This document shows positions 18,294 to 27,293 of a stretch of DNA of 64,000 nt, one piece after another. The stretch spans positions 28,389 through 92,388 of IMG/VR virus record IMGVR_UViG_3300027815_000006; one strand, 5' to 3'. Position 1 is the stretch's first letter. Every line of letters begins with the position of its first letter. A program made the position numbers and the translations under genes. Under the pieces are notes generated by a model. The model was not told the DNA's origin. It searched no databases and saw only the letters and a list, made by a program, of their open reading frames with translations. Source of the DNA: a virus.

Positions 18294-19150
18294 TCCCCCG
18301 GCTCGTCCTCGTCACCCTCCTCGTCGTCCTCGTCGTCCTCGTCGTCCTCGCCCTCGTCGTCCTCGCCCTCGCCCTCGCCCTCGCCCTCGCCCTCGGCCAG
18401 CGGGTCCGCGGCGTCGGCATCCTCATCCTCGGAGCACTCGGAGCACTCCTCCGCGAGGATCGTGTCCAGCTCGCCCATGGCCTCCACGCAGGCGTTGATG
18501 AGCGCGACGTGCTTGAGGAGCTCCTCGTGGATCTCCGAAGGATCCACCTTCTCGTTCGGACGCTTGAGCGCCTCGGTCATCCCCTTGGCGATGATCGCGG
18601 CGTCATCGTTGGCGCCCAGGAGCGTCTCCTCCATCTCCTCGAAGATGTTGGTGTCCCAGGCTGCCCCGAGCGCCCCGAGGTGGTTGGCGAGCAGCCCCTC
18701 GACCAAGGCGATGTTGGCGAAGGCCACCACCGTGTCCTTGGAGTTGAGGTCCACCGCACCCGCCCCCGCGAGGGCGCGCATCTCCAGCACGGAGGCTCCC
18801 ACCTGCGTCTGCCCCTCGGCGTGCGCAGCGTGCCCCGCCGCCCTCGACATGGCGCCCCGGAAAGCGCCCTTGGTGCGGTGCAGGGCCCTGGCGATCTTCT
18901 GAGAGTGCTTCGCCAGCCGCCGCTGCACCTTGGCGCTGCGCGACCGCTTCCGGAGGTAGCTCTTGCGCTTCTTGTTGCGGCGCCTGTCCTCCGCCTTGTC
19001 GGCGCTGGACTCCCGATGCTGCTTGGTCCGGTGGACCTTCCCGTGGGCGTCCACCGTCCCCTTCACCTTCGTGAACTTCCTCTCCAGAAGCTCCGGGAGG
19101 CCGAGGGCCTTGGCATCCTCCGCCAGCGTCGTCAGTCCGAACTCGTTCAT
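18290..19150 (-). CDS. Prohead core protein-like (basic N-terminal half, acidic tail)
   Basis: Start MNEFGLTT with GGAG SD; K/R-rich segment and EGEGEGEDDED tail; position matches T4 gp67/68. Confidence 0.7.
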   Translation of the reverse strand: MNEFGLTTLAEDAKALGLPELLERKFTKVKGTVDAHGKVHRTKQHRESSADKAEDRRRNKKRKSYLRKRSRSAKVQRRLAKHSQKIARALHRTKGAFRGAMSRAAGHAAHAEGQTQVGASVLEMRALAGAGAVDLNSKDTVVAFANIALVEGLLANHLGALGAAWDTNIFEEMEETLLGANDDAAIIAKGMTEALKRPNEKVDPSEIHEELLKHVALINACVEAMGELDTILAEECSECSEDEDADAADPLAEGEGEGEGEGEDDEGEDDEDDEDDEEGDEDEPGE

Positions 19151-19497
19151 GTCTCCACTCCTCGGCTCCGGCTCACCAGCCGCGCGACGAAATCCTCTAC
19201 CACAGATCGGTGCCTGGAGGGGGGCGCCCCCTCCGAAAGCGGCAACGGAACATGCACGGGCGCCCCAAGATGAATGCCCGTCGGGCTCAACACCACAGGG
19301 AGCTCCACACACACACCCGCGGAGGAAAGCACGCGCACACGGTCCGGCCACGTCGCCAGCACCGAGAAGCTCACGCTCTCCCCGAACAGCTTGAGCGCCC
19401 CGAGCGCCTGCACAGCCTCGGACACCCGCACAAGCCGGTGCTCCAGACTCCCCTCGCAGAGAGAACGAAGCTCCTTGGTGGTGGTGCCCTTGCCCAT
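19147..19497 (-). CDS. Hypothetical protein of the head operon
   Basis: 116 aa, directly after a promoter, ATGA-coupled. Confidence 0.6.
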   Translation of the reverse strand: MGKGTTTKELRSLCEGSLEHRLVRVSEAVQALGALKLFGESVSFSVLATWPDRVRVLSSAGVCVELPVVLSPTGIHLGAPVHVPLPLSEGAPPSRHRSVVEDFVARLVSRSRGVET

Positions 19498-19504
19498 CGC
19501 AGAA

Positions 19505-19534
19505 ACGCTACGCCGCCCACGCGGGGTGTGTCAA
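19505..19534 (-). promoter_or_regulatory. Leaderless-type promoter of the head operon
   Basis: TTGACA-N18-TAGCGT, 7 nt before ATG 19497. Confidence 0.7.
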
Positions 19535-19557
19535 GCGCCGAACACACAGGAAACACC

Positions 19558-19571
19558 GGACCGTACGGTCC
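19558..19571. repeat. Dispersed palindrome GGACCGTACGGTCC
   Basis: Perfect, intergenic, upstream of the head-operon promoter. Confidence 0.95.
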
Positions 19572-19608
19572 AGTGTCTCGAAACCCGTACAGCGGTTCCG
19601 ATGGACTC

Positions 19609-21384
19609 TCACGCGGGGGGCCTCGCCCGCAGATCATGGAGGAGGCTGCGAAGATGCTCCATCCGCGCCAGGAGCGCGGCATCCCCCCGAAGGAGCTTCT
19701 CCAGCTTGGCCTCCGCCCGGCGCTCCGCGTCTCGGCTGCCCTGGAGGAGCTCCCGCTCCGTGATGCGGCGAGGGACAGGCCGCAGACGCCCGGCAAAAGA
19801 ACGCCTGGGAGCACTCTCCTGGGACGCACCCCCCTTCGGAGGCTCATCAATCCCCTCGGGGCCCGGCACGAAGTCCGTCGGCGCCTCCTGCGGAGGCCCC
19901 TCATCCTCGTCCCCACCTCCACCCCCCGGGGGCCCCGCACCCCCCTCCCGCTGGAGGTCATCCCCCCTCTCGGTGAAGATCGTCTTGATCTCTTGATCCG
20001 TGAGGTTGAAGATGTGCGAGAGGACCCACCGCATCGAGACGTGCTCTCGCATCCTGGTTGCGAGATCCGCTCTGGCGTTGCGGACCTCTAGCTGCGCGAG
20101 CTCGAAGATCGCGCTGGGCGCCGTCAACGAGACACTAAAATCCACCGAGTAGGGATCAATCCCCAGGGCGGCGAAGTGCACCTGCGCGAGCTGCTTCAGC
20201 ACACGCGCCTCCTCCCGTTGCACACGAAGAATGACACGGGCGAAACGCACGTCCTGCGAGGAAAGCGTTGCGCGCACAACCCCCGTCTCATCTCCCATGT
20301 ACGCCCGCGGAACCTTCGCGGCAGCATAGAAAAGTGTACGGAAGTAGTCGGCGTCGTCCACCGACTGCCATACCGGGGAGGCGAGGGTCTCCACTCTCGT
20401 TTCATCCCCGTTACGGATCGGGATGAACACGTCCTCGTCCTGTGCGACCGGATCGAACTTCAACCCCAGACGCCCGGAGGAATCCACATAGCGCCGTTTA
20501 CGAACCTGCTGCCGGAAACGGTTGACGTAGGCCCATGCCTCCTGGTCGGTCTTGTTCCCGACGTTCAGGTAGTAGGCGTACCGCTCCGGCGCCCTGTCCA
20601 GACGGAAACGTAGAACCGCATCGTCCATGAGGAGCATCCTGCGCCAGACCCACCGGGCGGGCTCCAGGAACGGAGAGCCATACAGAGAGTACGGGTTGCG
20701 CCCCATGAGGCGCGCATGGATCACCTGCCACGGCTCGAAGGGGATGGGTCCCTCGGATCCCAACAGCTCCCGTCCGCGGGCAACAGCCTGCTTCCGACGC
20801 GCCGCGTCACGCTCGTACTTCTGTACGATCTCCTTGAACTCGTTTTCGGAAAATCCCCTCCCCCCGGAGAGGTCCTGCACGAAGCCCAGAAGATCCCCCC
20901 TTGAGTCCTCTACCCGACGCATGGACGCCGGAGGAAGCTGGTTCACACGAACCACCCCCACCTTGTCCGCGAGGATGGGTTCCGCATAGCCGTTGCCGTA
21001 CTTGATTAGGGAACGAACGTCCCCCCAGAGGCGGTCCTCGACGGCGAGATCCTTGTAGAGATCCTCCACGATCTTCTGGTATTTGCGCGTCTTGGCCGTC
21101 ACCGTGAGGACGCGCCCTGTCTGCCAGTCGGTCTGTGTGGTGTCGTCCGCCACGATGTCGAGGACCGCCGCCGCGAGGGGGTACTCATCCATGCACTCGG
21201 CGTCCCCGAAGATGGAGAGGAAGTCCCGCTCCATGCGCAGGTAGGACGCCACAGCGTCCGGCATGACGGAGTAGGAGGCGTCGGGCCCCACAACCCCCAC
21301 CGGAACCCCGCGGGTGGTGTCCTCCCCTGCGCCCCCGTCCAGCGCATCGGTCACCGTCCGTACGAGATCGTCCAAAACGCCCAT
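19609..21384 (-). CDS. Portal protein (T4 gp20-like)
   Basis: YGSPFLEPAR..W..MLLMDDAVLRFRLDRAPERYAYYLNVGN, EDVFIPIR, TRVETL, LSSQDVRFAR. Confidence 0.95.
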   Translation of the reverse strand: MGVLDDLVRTVTDALDGGAGEDTTRGVPVGVVGPDASYSVMPDAVASYLRMERDFLSIFGDAECMDEYPLAAAVLDIVADDTTQTDWQTGRVLTVTAKTRKYQKIVEDLYKDLAVEDRLWGDVRSLIKYGNGYAEPILADKVGVVRVNQLPPASMRRVEDSRGDLLGFVQDLSGGRGFSENEFKEIVQKYERDAARRKQAVARGRELLGSEGPIPFEPWQVIHARLMGRNPYSLYGSPFLEPARWVWRRMLLMDDAVLRFRLDRAPERYAYYLNVGNKTDQEAWAYVNRFRQQVRKRRYVDSSGRLGLKFDPVAQDEDVFIPIRNGDETRVETLASPVWQSVDDADYFRTLFYAAAKVPRAYMGDETGVVRATLSSQDVRFARVILRVQREEARVLKQLAQVHFAALGIDPYSVDFSVSLTAPSAIFELAQLEVRNARADLATRMREHVSMRWVLSHIFNLTDQEIKTIFTERGDDLQREGGAGPPGGGGGDEDEGPPQEAPTDFVPGPEGIDEPPKGGASQESAPRRSFAGRLRPVPRRITERELLQGSRDAERRAEAKLEKLLRGDAALLARMEHLRSLLHDLRARPPA

Positions 21385-23427
21385 CTAGCGGCCTCGCGGA
21401 TACGATCCGTCCGTCACCCAGGCGGAGTCAAGCTCATCCACGCCGCCGACCATGATCGGAGGAAGCGCCGCGCCCCCGCGGGAAAGATACCCCTGCGCAT
21501 CGATGTCCAACGGAATGTCTCCTCCGGGTGTGATGATCGGGAGCGGCTCCTGCTGGAGCCCGAAAGCCTCGGTGAGGGTGTGTACCACCCCCGCCAGGGC
21601 GTCCGCAACGTCCTTCCGGAACCCCTTGGGGTGGTCCACCTTCCCCGTGCGCCCATCTCGCTCCAGCCGCCGGAGCTCCTCGATGAGAGGCGCGTAGTTG
21701 TAGAAGAAGATGCGGTTCTCGTAGAGCGCCGTCTTGAGCGTGTCGTACGGGTCCGCCGTGCGATCCACGGAGAGAATCTCCGCGTCGTAGCCCTTCGCGC
21801 GGAGTTGCTGCAAACCATCCCGACTCTGGTAGGTATCTGACGTAACCTTCGTAATTCTGAAGCCCTTGCTCGACATGAGATATAGAAGACGACGCACGTC
21901 CCCCATGACGATCTCGTCCCCGAGGGGAGGGACGATCTGGAGGAGGAAGTCCACGATGATGACGGGGGCCCGCTCCAGAACACGCGCCTGCTCCACCTTC
22001 GAGGACCGAAGGACGTTGCGGTACCCAGCAACGTGTGCAACCACAAGCCCCGTGGCGTCCCCCGTAAGCGAGGGATCAATGTGAGCGTGGCGAGGACGCT
22101 GGGGATTGATGCGCGGGACGGAGACGGTCTCGGTCCCGTAGGTATCCCGGCGCTCCACGTCGCGCACGAGAAGCTCCCAGAGGAAGTCCCCGCGCTGTGT
22201 CGGATCGTAGGACTCCACAGAGAACGGATGCTTCAGCTTCGGGTGGATGGCCTGCTCGATGGCGCTCCGGCGCTGAATGTACGGGCTCATGGCCACCGTG
22301 GAGATCCCCGCGATGTCCCGGATGGCCTGCTCCAGGTCTTGCTCGAAATCCCGGCGATAGTCCTCCGGTACGTCAATCATCACCACGTCGGCGGGGAGCT
22401 CCGCCCGGATGGCATCCCGCTCCCCAGGCTTGAGAATCCTGGAGGGGATCTGCTCGTTGCCCACGAGAACCTGGAAGGTCTCGTCCGAGGAGTACCTGGA
22501 CTTCGGAACCGTCTCCCAAATCGCGTAGTCTCGCACGAACAGGTGAGGATCCTCCCTGGAGGTGCGAACCAGCTTCTCCGTGAAATCCGCACGGGTGCGC
22601 TTGGAGGAGACGATGAACAAGATGCCAGGGAGCTTCCCCTGCCGCGCGAAGCGCGACTTCAACCGGCGCTTGAGCGTGTAGTAGATGGACTCCGCGCGCC
22701 CCACAACGCCGTGACGCTTTTGGTCCTTGGATGCATCGGGCATGAAGTTGCCTTCGTCCATGAAGGCCGAGATGCAGTTCAGGCCGAGCGCCGATGTGTC
22801 CGTAGAAGCACGCGCCGCCACCCACACGGAGCGCGGAAAGCGAAGCTCCTTCTTCGTCGCCGTGAACGGAAAGTGCTCCTTGAAGTACGGGCTGGCCTGG
22901 ATCTTCGTGACGATGTTCTCGAAGACCACCTTCACGGCCAGGGCCTCAGACACGGAAAGACACACCACGGAGATGTTGGTCCCCGGCGCCAGCCCGTAGG
23001 ACTTGTGCGGGTCTTTCAGGCACGAGATCTCGTAGAGAACACGGCAAACGCCTACGCTCGCGGCAAAGCTCTTGCCGCTCCCGATGGAGCCTGTGAAGAG
23101 ACACTCTGTGTAATCTCCCTCAAATAGCTCCTTGAGATCCGCCAGCCAAACGTCATAGAGAGCGTCGCACGTCTCCCCGAGGTAGTAGGGATCGCGGACG
23201 AACGTCTCCATGTCTACAGGGGTACGGGCGTACTCCATCCGCGATGCCCGCGCGAAGAGAAGATCCTCTGTAGGATCCCCCTCCTCGTTGGCAGCCATCT
23301 CTGCGAGCATCTGCCGCAGAGCCTCCTGCTCTGCGGGGGTCATGCCCTTCATGTCCTGGAGAAGAAGACTCAGCTCCTCATCGTAGGTACGAACAGAGCG
23401 CGCCTTCCCGGAGTTCTCAACGATCAC
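21385..23427 (-). CDS. Terminase large subunit
   Basis: Walker A TGSIGSGKS, Walker B FMDE, nuclease HIDPSLTGDATG, and DHPKGFRKDVADA. Confidence 0.93.
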   Translation of the reverse strand: MIVENSGKARSVRTYDEELSLLLQDMKGMTPAEQEALRQMLAEMAANEEGDPTEDLLFARASRMEYARTPVDMETFVRDPYYLGETCDALYDVWLADLKELFEGDYTECLFTGSIGSGKSFAASVGVCRVLYEISCLKDPHKSYGLAPGTNISVVCLSVSEALAVKVVFENIVTKIQASPYFKEHFPFTATKKELRFPRSVWVAARASTDTSALGLNCISAFMDEGNFMPDASKDQKRHGVVGRAESIYYTLKRRLKSRFARQGKLPGILFIVSSKRTRADFTEKLVRTSREDPHLFVRDYAIWETVPKSRYSSDETFQVLVGNEQIPSRILKPGERDAIRAELPADVVMIDVPEDYRRDFEQDLEQAIRDIAGISTVAMSPYIQRRSAIEQAIHPKLKHPFSVESYDPTQRGDFLWELLVRDVERRDTYGTETVSVPRINPQRPRHAHIDPSLTGDATGLVVAHVAGYRNVLRSSKVEQARVLERAPVIIVDFLLQIVPPLGDEIVMGDVRRLLYLMSSKGFRITKVTSDTYQSRDGLQQLRAKGYDAEILSVDRTADPYDTLKTALYENRIFFYNYAPLIEELRRLERDGRTGKVDHPKGFRKDVADALAGVVHTLTEAFGLQQEPLPIITPGGDIPLDIDAQGYLSRGGAALPPIMVGGVDELDSAWVTDGSYPRGR

Positions 23428-24187
23428 CCGAGCCCCCCACAGCCTTTGTAGGAGACTCCGTGGGGGAGTCTCCCGTGGGGAGCTGGGTCTGGAGCTTCGC
23501 CGCGAAGTCCGCGCGGGTGCGCTGGAGGGTCAAGAGGCGCTCCGCGATCTGAATGACTTTCCGCCGCGCCTCCGGGGCGTCCATCACCTGCTGCACTTCC
23601 GGAGAGCCGAAGGTCTGCCCGCTGTCCGACTCCGCATCCTGCGCCGGATCATGGACGCCCTGGCGCTGGTAGATCCCCATGGACAGCTTGAGCTCCACCG
23701 ACCGGGCGAGGATCTCCGCGGTGGTCACGATCTCCCGGTTCATCTGGGGCGAGAGAATCTGGAGCTTCTGCTCGTAGGCCAGCCCGATACGGAGGCGGTC
23801 CTGCTGCTTGCGGTAGAGCGCTTCGAGCTCCTGGAGCTCATCGAGGCGCTGAATCACCTCGGCCTTGACCGCCATCTGGGGGAGCCGCCCCCTGGCGGCG
23901 GCGAACTCCCACCGCGGGATGCCCTGCTTGTACTCCTTGAGTACCTCCCGGACGACGTATTTGTTGACGTCCTCCGCCCCGCGGACATTGGTCTGCACGA
24001 AGGTGCACACGTCATCCAGGGAGCGCCCCTCGACGAACAGCCGCCGAACCTCCTCCACCTGCACCGAAGCCAGGAGAGTAGACCGGAACCGAAGGTGCGC
24101 CTGGGGGCGCGCGGCTACAGGCTGCGGCGCCTGCTTGCTCTGCGCGGCCTTCACCCGTCCGGTCGGTGTCTGGGGATCGCGGGACAC
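23417..24187 (-). CDS. Putative terminase small subunit
   Basis: HTH-like N-terminus and coiled coil, directly upstream of TerL; GTG 24187 lies 6 nt after a TATGGT box. Confidence 0.6.
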   Translation of the reverse strand: MSRDPQTPTGRVKAAQSKQAPQPVAARPQAHLRFRSTLLASVQVEEVRRLFVEGRSLDDVCTFVQTNVRGAEDVNKYVVREVLKEYKQGIPRWEFAAARGRLPQMAVKAEVIQRLDELQELEALYRKQQDRLRIGLAYEQKLQILSPQMNREIVTTAEILARSVELKLSMGIYQRQGVHDPAQDAESDSGQTFGSPEVQQVMDAPEARRKVIQIAERLLTLQRTRADFAAKLQTQLPTGDSPTESPTKAVGGSGDR

Positions 24188-24193
24188 ACCGAA

Positions 24194-24223
24194 ACCATAG
24201 CAGACATTACGGAATGGGCGCAA
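24194..24223 (-). promoter_or_regulatory. Leaderless-type promoter of the packaging operon
   Basis: TTGCGC-N18-TATGGT. Confidence 0.6.
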
Positions 24224-24998
24224 CCTCCGCGGGGATCCACCCGTGCGCCCAACCCGCGGCCACTGCCGCCGCCTTGGATAGGCCGCCGAAGTCCCCGTCC
24301 CGCGCCACTCCAAGCCGAGCCTGCGCGGCCTTCACGATGCACTCATCCTCGGACCGCGCATAGTCCACGCCCCGAAAGCCCCGCGCCTTCAGGGTGTGGA
24401 AGATGGCGTCCCCGGGATCCCCGGGCCCCCGCTGCACGGTCTGGTTCCTGTGCCCGAAGACCCCCGGAGGCCGCACAGCCCCCGTCAGACGGTCCAGGAC
24501 CCCCACCACAGGCTCGCTCCCCACCCACGGAATCCACGGCTGAATCTGGTAGTGCTGGCAGAGCACCTCCACCAAGAGGCCGGTGGCGTTGAGCGTGGCC
24601 TCGTAGATCTCCCCCTTCTCCGTCTGCACCATCTCGATCCCGACGGTGTAGGCGTTCACCCCGCCCGCGTGCCACGTATACCGCTGGGTGGGGTCGTTCT
24701 GCTGGTAGACCACCCCCGCCCTGTCCACCGTGAAATCCCAGGAGGCGATGGCTGCGTGCCCCACCGTACGAAGATTCGCGCGGGTCCACCCCCTCGCTCC
24801 GAGCGGCCCGGCTCCAGGAAGCGTCGGGCCCCGCTTCCCGTACACGGTGTGAAGGATGACGGCCCCCACCTTGCGCGGTCGAGGATTGGTCTTCCCCGCG
24901 GGAAGCCAGCCCACGCCCTCCAGATCCCCCACCTCGCCCCCAAACTCTACAACCTGCCCGCTCAGAACGAGTGCGCTCACCCCCAGAGAGAACCACAA
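24207..24998 (-). CDS. N-acetylmuramoyl-L-alanine amidase (endolysin) with PG-binding tail
   Basis: VILHT, TWHAGGVNAYTVGIE, FGHR...DPG Amidase_2 motifs; QARLGVARDGDFG. Confidence 0.88.
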   Translation of the reverse strand: MWFSLGVSALVLSGQVVEFGGEVGDLEGVGWLPAGKTNPRPRKVGAVILHTVYGKRGPTLPGAGPLGARGWTRANLRTVGHAAIASWDFTVDRAGVVYQQNDPTQRYTWHAGGVNAYTVGIEMVQTEKGEIYEATLNATGLLVEVLCQHYQIQPWIPWVGSEPVVGVLDRLTGAVRPPGVFGHRNQTVQRGPGDPGDAIFHTLKARGFRGVDYARSEDECIVKAAQARLGVARDGDFGGLSKAAAVAAGWAHGWIPAEVAPIP

Positions 24999-25000
24999 CC

Positions 25001-25014
25001 GGACCGTACGGTCC
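25001..25014. repeat. Dispersed palindrome GGACCGTACGGTCC
   Basis: Perfect, between polA and amidase. Confidence 0.95.
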
Positions 25015-25028
25015 AGTCCGAAGGAAGC

Positions 25029-26864
25029 CTACTTCTCCGCCCAGGAGTCTCCAACAGCAGCGGGGGCCCGCACAGGCACCGAAGGCAAGAGCGGCTGCAT
25101 CCCCTCCACCATGGCCTGTGACAGCGCCTTGGACCACTCTCGCAGAAGCTCAGGCTCCTCCGGGCACTCCGTAGCGATCTCGTCATGGACGTGGTGAACC
25201 ATCCGCACCCCAGGGAACTTCCTGGCGGCCTCGTAGACACGCCGGAGCGCTCGCTTCAGCCCATCGGCAGCGGTCCCCTGCACCTCCAGGTTGAAGCACG
25301 CCGCGTACTCCTTCTCGGGGTCAATGAACCGCCGCCGCCCCGACAGGGTACGCAGCGCGCCGTCTCGCTCCGCCTTGGCGATCACCTTCCTGTGCCACGT
25401 CCGCACCCCAGGGAAGGACTCGAAGTAGGTATCGCGGATCCTCTCGGCGTCCTTCAGCGAGAACACAACACCGTACCCTACCAGCGCGTAGGACACGAAC
25501 TTCTCCGCACCCAAAGCGAAAGCAAACCCGAAATTTGCTGGTTTGGCCTGCTGGCGCTGCTCCTTCGTGACCTCGCTCTCGGGCACCCCGGAGATCTTCG
25601 ATGCGGTGAAGCGGTGAATGTCCCCGTCGCTGCGGATGATTTGCAGAAGATTTCGGTCCTGCGTGACCTCCGCGAGCACCACCATCTCAATCGCAGAGTA
25701 GTCCGCGATGACGAGTTTCCTCCCAGCCTCAGGACGGAAACACGCCCGGTAGTTCTTGCCCCTCGGGATCTGTCCCAGGTTGGGCTTGGAGTGTGCGAAA
25801 CGCCCGGTCGCCAGCATCGGATAGTAGGATGCGTGAATGCGGAGCGTAGCGGGATTCAGGAACTTCAGGTAGTCCGGCCCGAAGGCCGTGGTGGCCTTGG
25901 CATACCCGTTGTACTCGATGACGTCCTTGATGATAGGATCCTTCTGCGCGAACACCGCGAGTGTAGCCTCCTTGGTGTCCTCAATAGGGATCCACGCATC
26001 ACGGCCTACGCGGGTCTTGAGCCCGTACTTCCGGAGGCTCTGCAAGAGCTGCGTACGCGAGTCAATCGAGAACTTCGGATCGTAGCCGAACAGCCCTAGC
26101 TGATTGGAGGGGCTTGGAAGGACACGCTCCAGCTTCTCCCGCAGCTGCGTGGCCTTCTGCTTGTTCGTCTCGTAGAGCGTCAGCCACGCCTCGGCGTCCA
26201 GACGGAAGCCGTTGCGCTCCACGCTCGCCTCCGGGGTGATGGACTCGAACTCAAGGAGTGCGGTCTTGTGGAGCCCCTCCTCCCGGATCTTCGGCCTGAG
26301 CTTCTCGTACACTTTCGGAAGCCAGATCACGTCGTCCGCGGCGTAGTCTAGCTGCTCCCTGGTGAGGTCAGACCGGGACCAATCGGAGCCGCCTAGCTCC
26401 TCCACCTGCGGCGCCATCTTGAGCTCCCGCAGATAGATCGAGAACAGGTCGTGGCTCATACCCCGCTCGCCCCCGAGCCCGTTGTAGAGCATCGCGGAGG
26501 CGCGGAAGGTATCGAAGATCGGCCAGAGCTCCACCCCGTAGTGGTGCAGGAGGAACAGGGCATCGAACTTGAGGTTCTGCCCCACCACGATAGGGCGCCC
26601 CTCCCCCACACACATCCCAGGGTTGTTGAGCACCTCCATGATCGGCGCCAACGTGCCCGTCTTGAAGGCGTCCACCACGTAGACATTCCGCCCCGTGTTC
26701 AGGGACAGGAGCCGAACGCGGCAGGTGTGGGGGTCAAACCCCGTCGTCTCCGTGTCCAGCGCGAGGAGCTGCGCCCCTCGGACCTCCTGGGCGATGAACG
26801 GAAGCTCCCCCGCGTCCGTGACGTACTGGTAGGTGTACCCGGCGTGTGTGAGCTTCTCCGCCAC
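25029..26864 (-). CDS. polA: DNA polymerase family A (3'-5' exonuclease plus polymerase)
   Basis: ALDTETTG, NLKFD, YAADD, TGRF..SKPNLGQIPR, ADYSAIE, RQQAKPANFG, VQGTAAD, VHDE. Confidence 0.96.
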   Translation of the reverse strand: MAEKLTHAGYTYQYVTDAGELPFIAQEVRGAQLLALDTETTGFDPHTCRVRLLSLNTGRNVYVVDAFKTGTLAPIMEVLNNPGMCVGEGRPIVVGQNLKFDALFLLHHYGVELWPIFDTFRASAMLYNGLGGERGMSHDLFSIYLRELKMAPQVEELGGSDWSRSDLTREQLDYAADDVIWLPKVYEKLRPKIREEGLHKTALLEFESITPEASVERNGFRLDAEAWLTLYETNKQKATQLREKLERVLPSPSNQLGLFGYDPKFSIDSRTQLLQSLRKYGLKTRVGRDAWIPIEDTKEATLAVFAQKDPIIKDVIEYNGYAKATTAFGPDYLKFLNPATLRIHASYYPMLATGRFAHSKPNLGQIPRGKNYRACFRPEAGRKLVIADYSAIEMVVLAEVTQDRNLLQIIRSDGDIHRFTASKISGVPESEVTKEQRQQAKPANFGFAFALGAEKFVSYALVGYGVVFSLKDAERIRDTYFESFPGVRTWHRKVIAKAERDGALRTLSGRRRFIDPEKEYAACFNLEVQGTAADGLKRALRRVYEAARKFPGVRMVHHVHDEIATECPEEPELLREWSKALSQAMVEGMQPLLPSVPVRAPAAVGDSWAEK

Positions 26865-26902
26865 GCTCGAATCCTACAGCCCCCGCCGCCCCCCGCAAGC
26901 CG

Positions 26903-27292
26903 TCAGAGAAGAGACTGGACCGTACGGTCCAGTGCGGGCCGAAGGGCATCCCTGAGTACGGTCACCAGCTCCTCATCATCTTCGGCCATTTCCTGCCAGA
27001 AGAGGAGCCACGGATGATCCTCCACCTCGCGCTCCATGAGCGCGTGCGTCGCCGGAACGAACAGGAAGTCCTCTCCCCCGCCCCTGGGATGCACCACATG
27101 GCGGTCATGCCCGAGGTCCTCGTAGCGTCCGATGGCCCCGAACCCGTCGTAGAACGTGTTGGCGTAGAGACGAAGCTGCACCTCGTCATCCTCCCCACCC
27201 CCCATGGGGGGCACGAACACGTCCCGGAGCATACAGAAGGCCGTCGCTCCCCCAGGAAGCCGCGCGTAATAGGGTGTCTCGGGCGTCAGCAT
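26903..27292 (-). CDS. Hypothetical protein
   Basis: 129 aa, immediately downstream of the giant ORF. Confidence 0.6.
   Translation of the reverse strand: MLTPETPYYARLPGGATAFCMLRDVFVPPMGGGEDDEVQLRLYANTFYDGFGAIGRYEDLGHDRHVVHPRGGGEDFLFVPATHALMEREVEDHPWLLFWQEMAEDDEELVTVLRDALRPALDRTVQSLL
26917..26930. repeat. Dispersed palindrome GGACCGTACGGTCC
   Basis: Perfect, gene 3' end, upstream of polA. Confidence 0.95.
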
Positions 27293-27293
27293 C

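Noticed and set aside
18300-18395. Short tandem repeats (CTCGTC/CTCGCC)
   Set aside because: They simply encode the acidic tail of the core protein.
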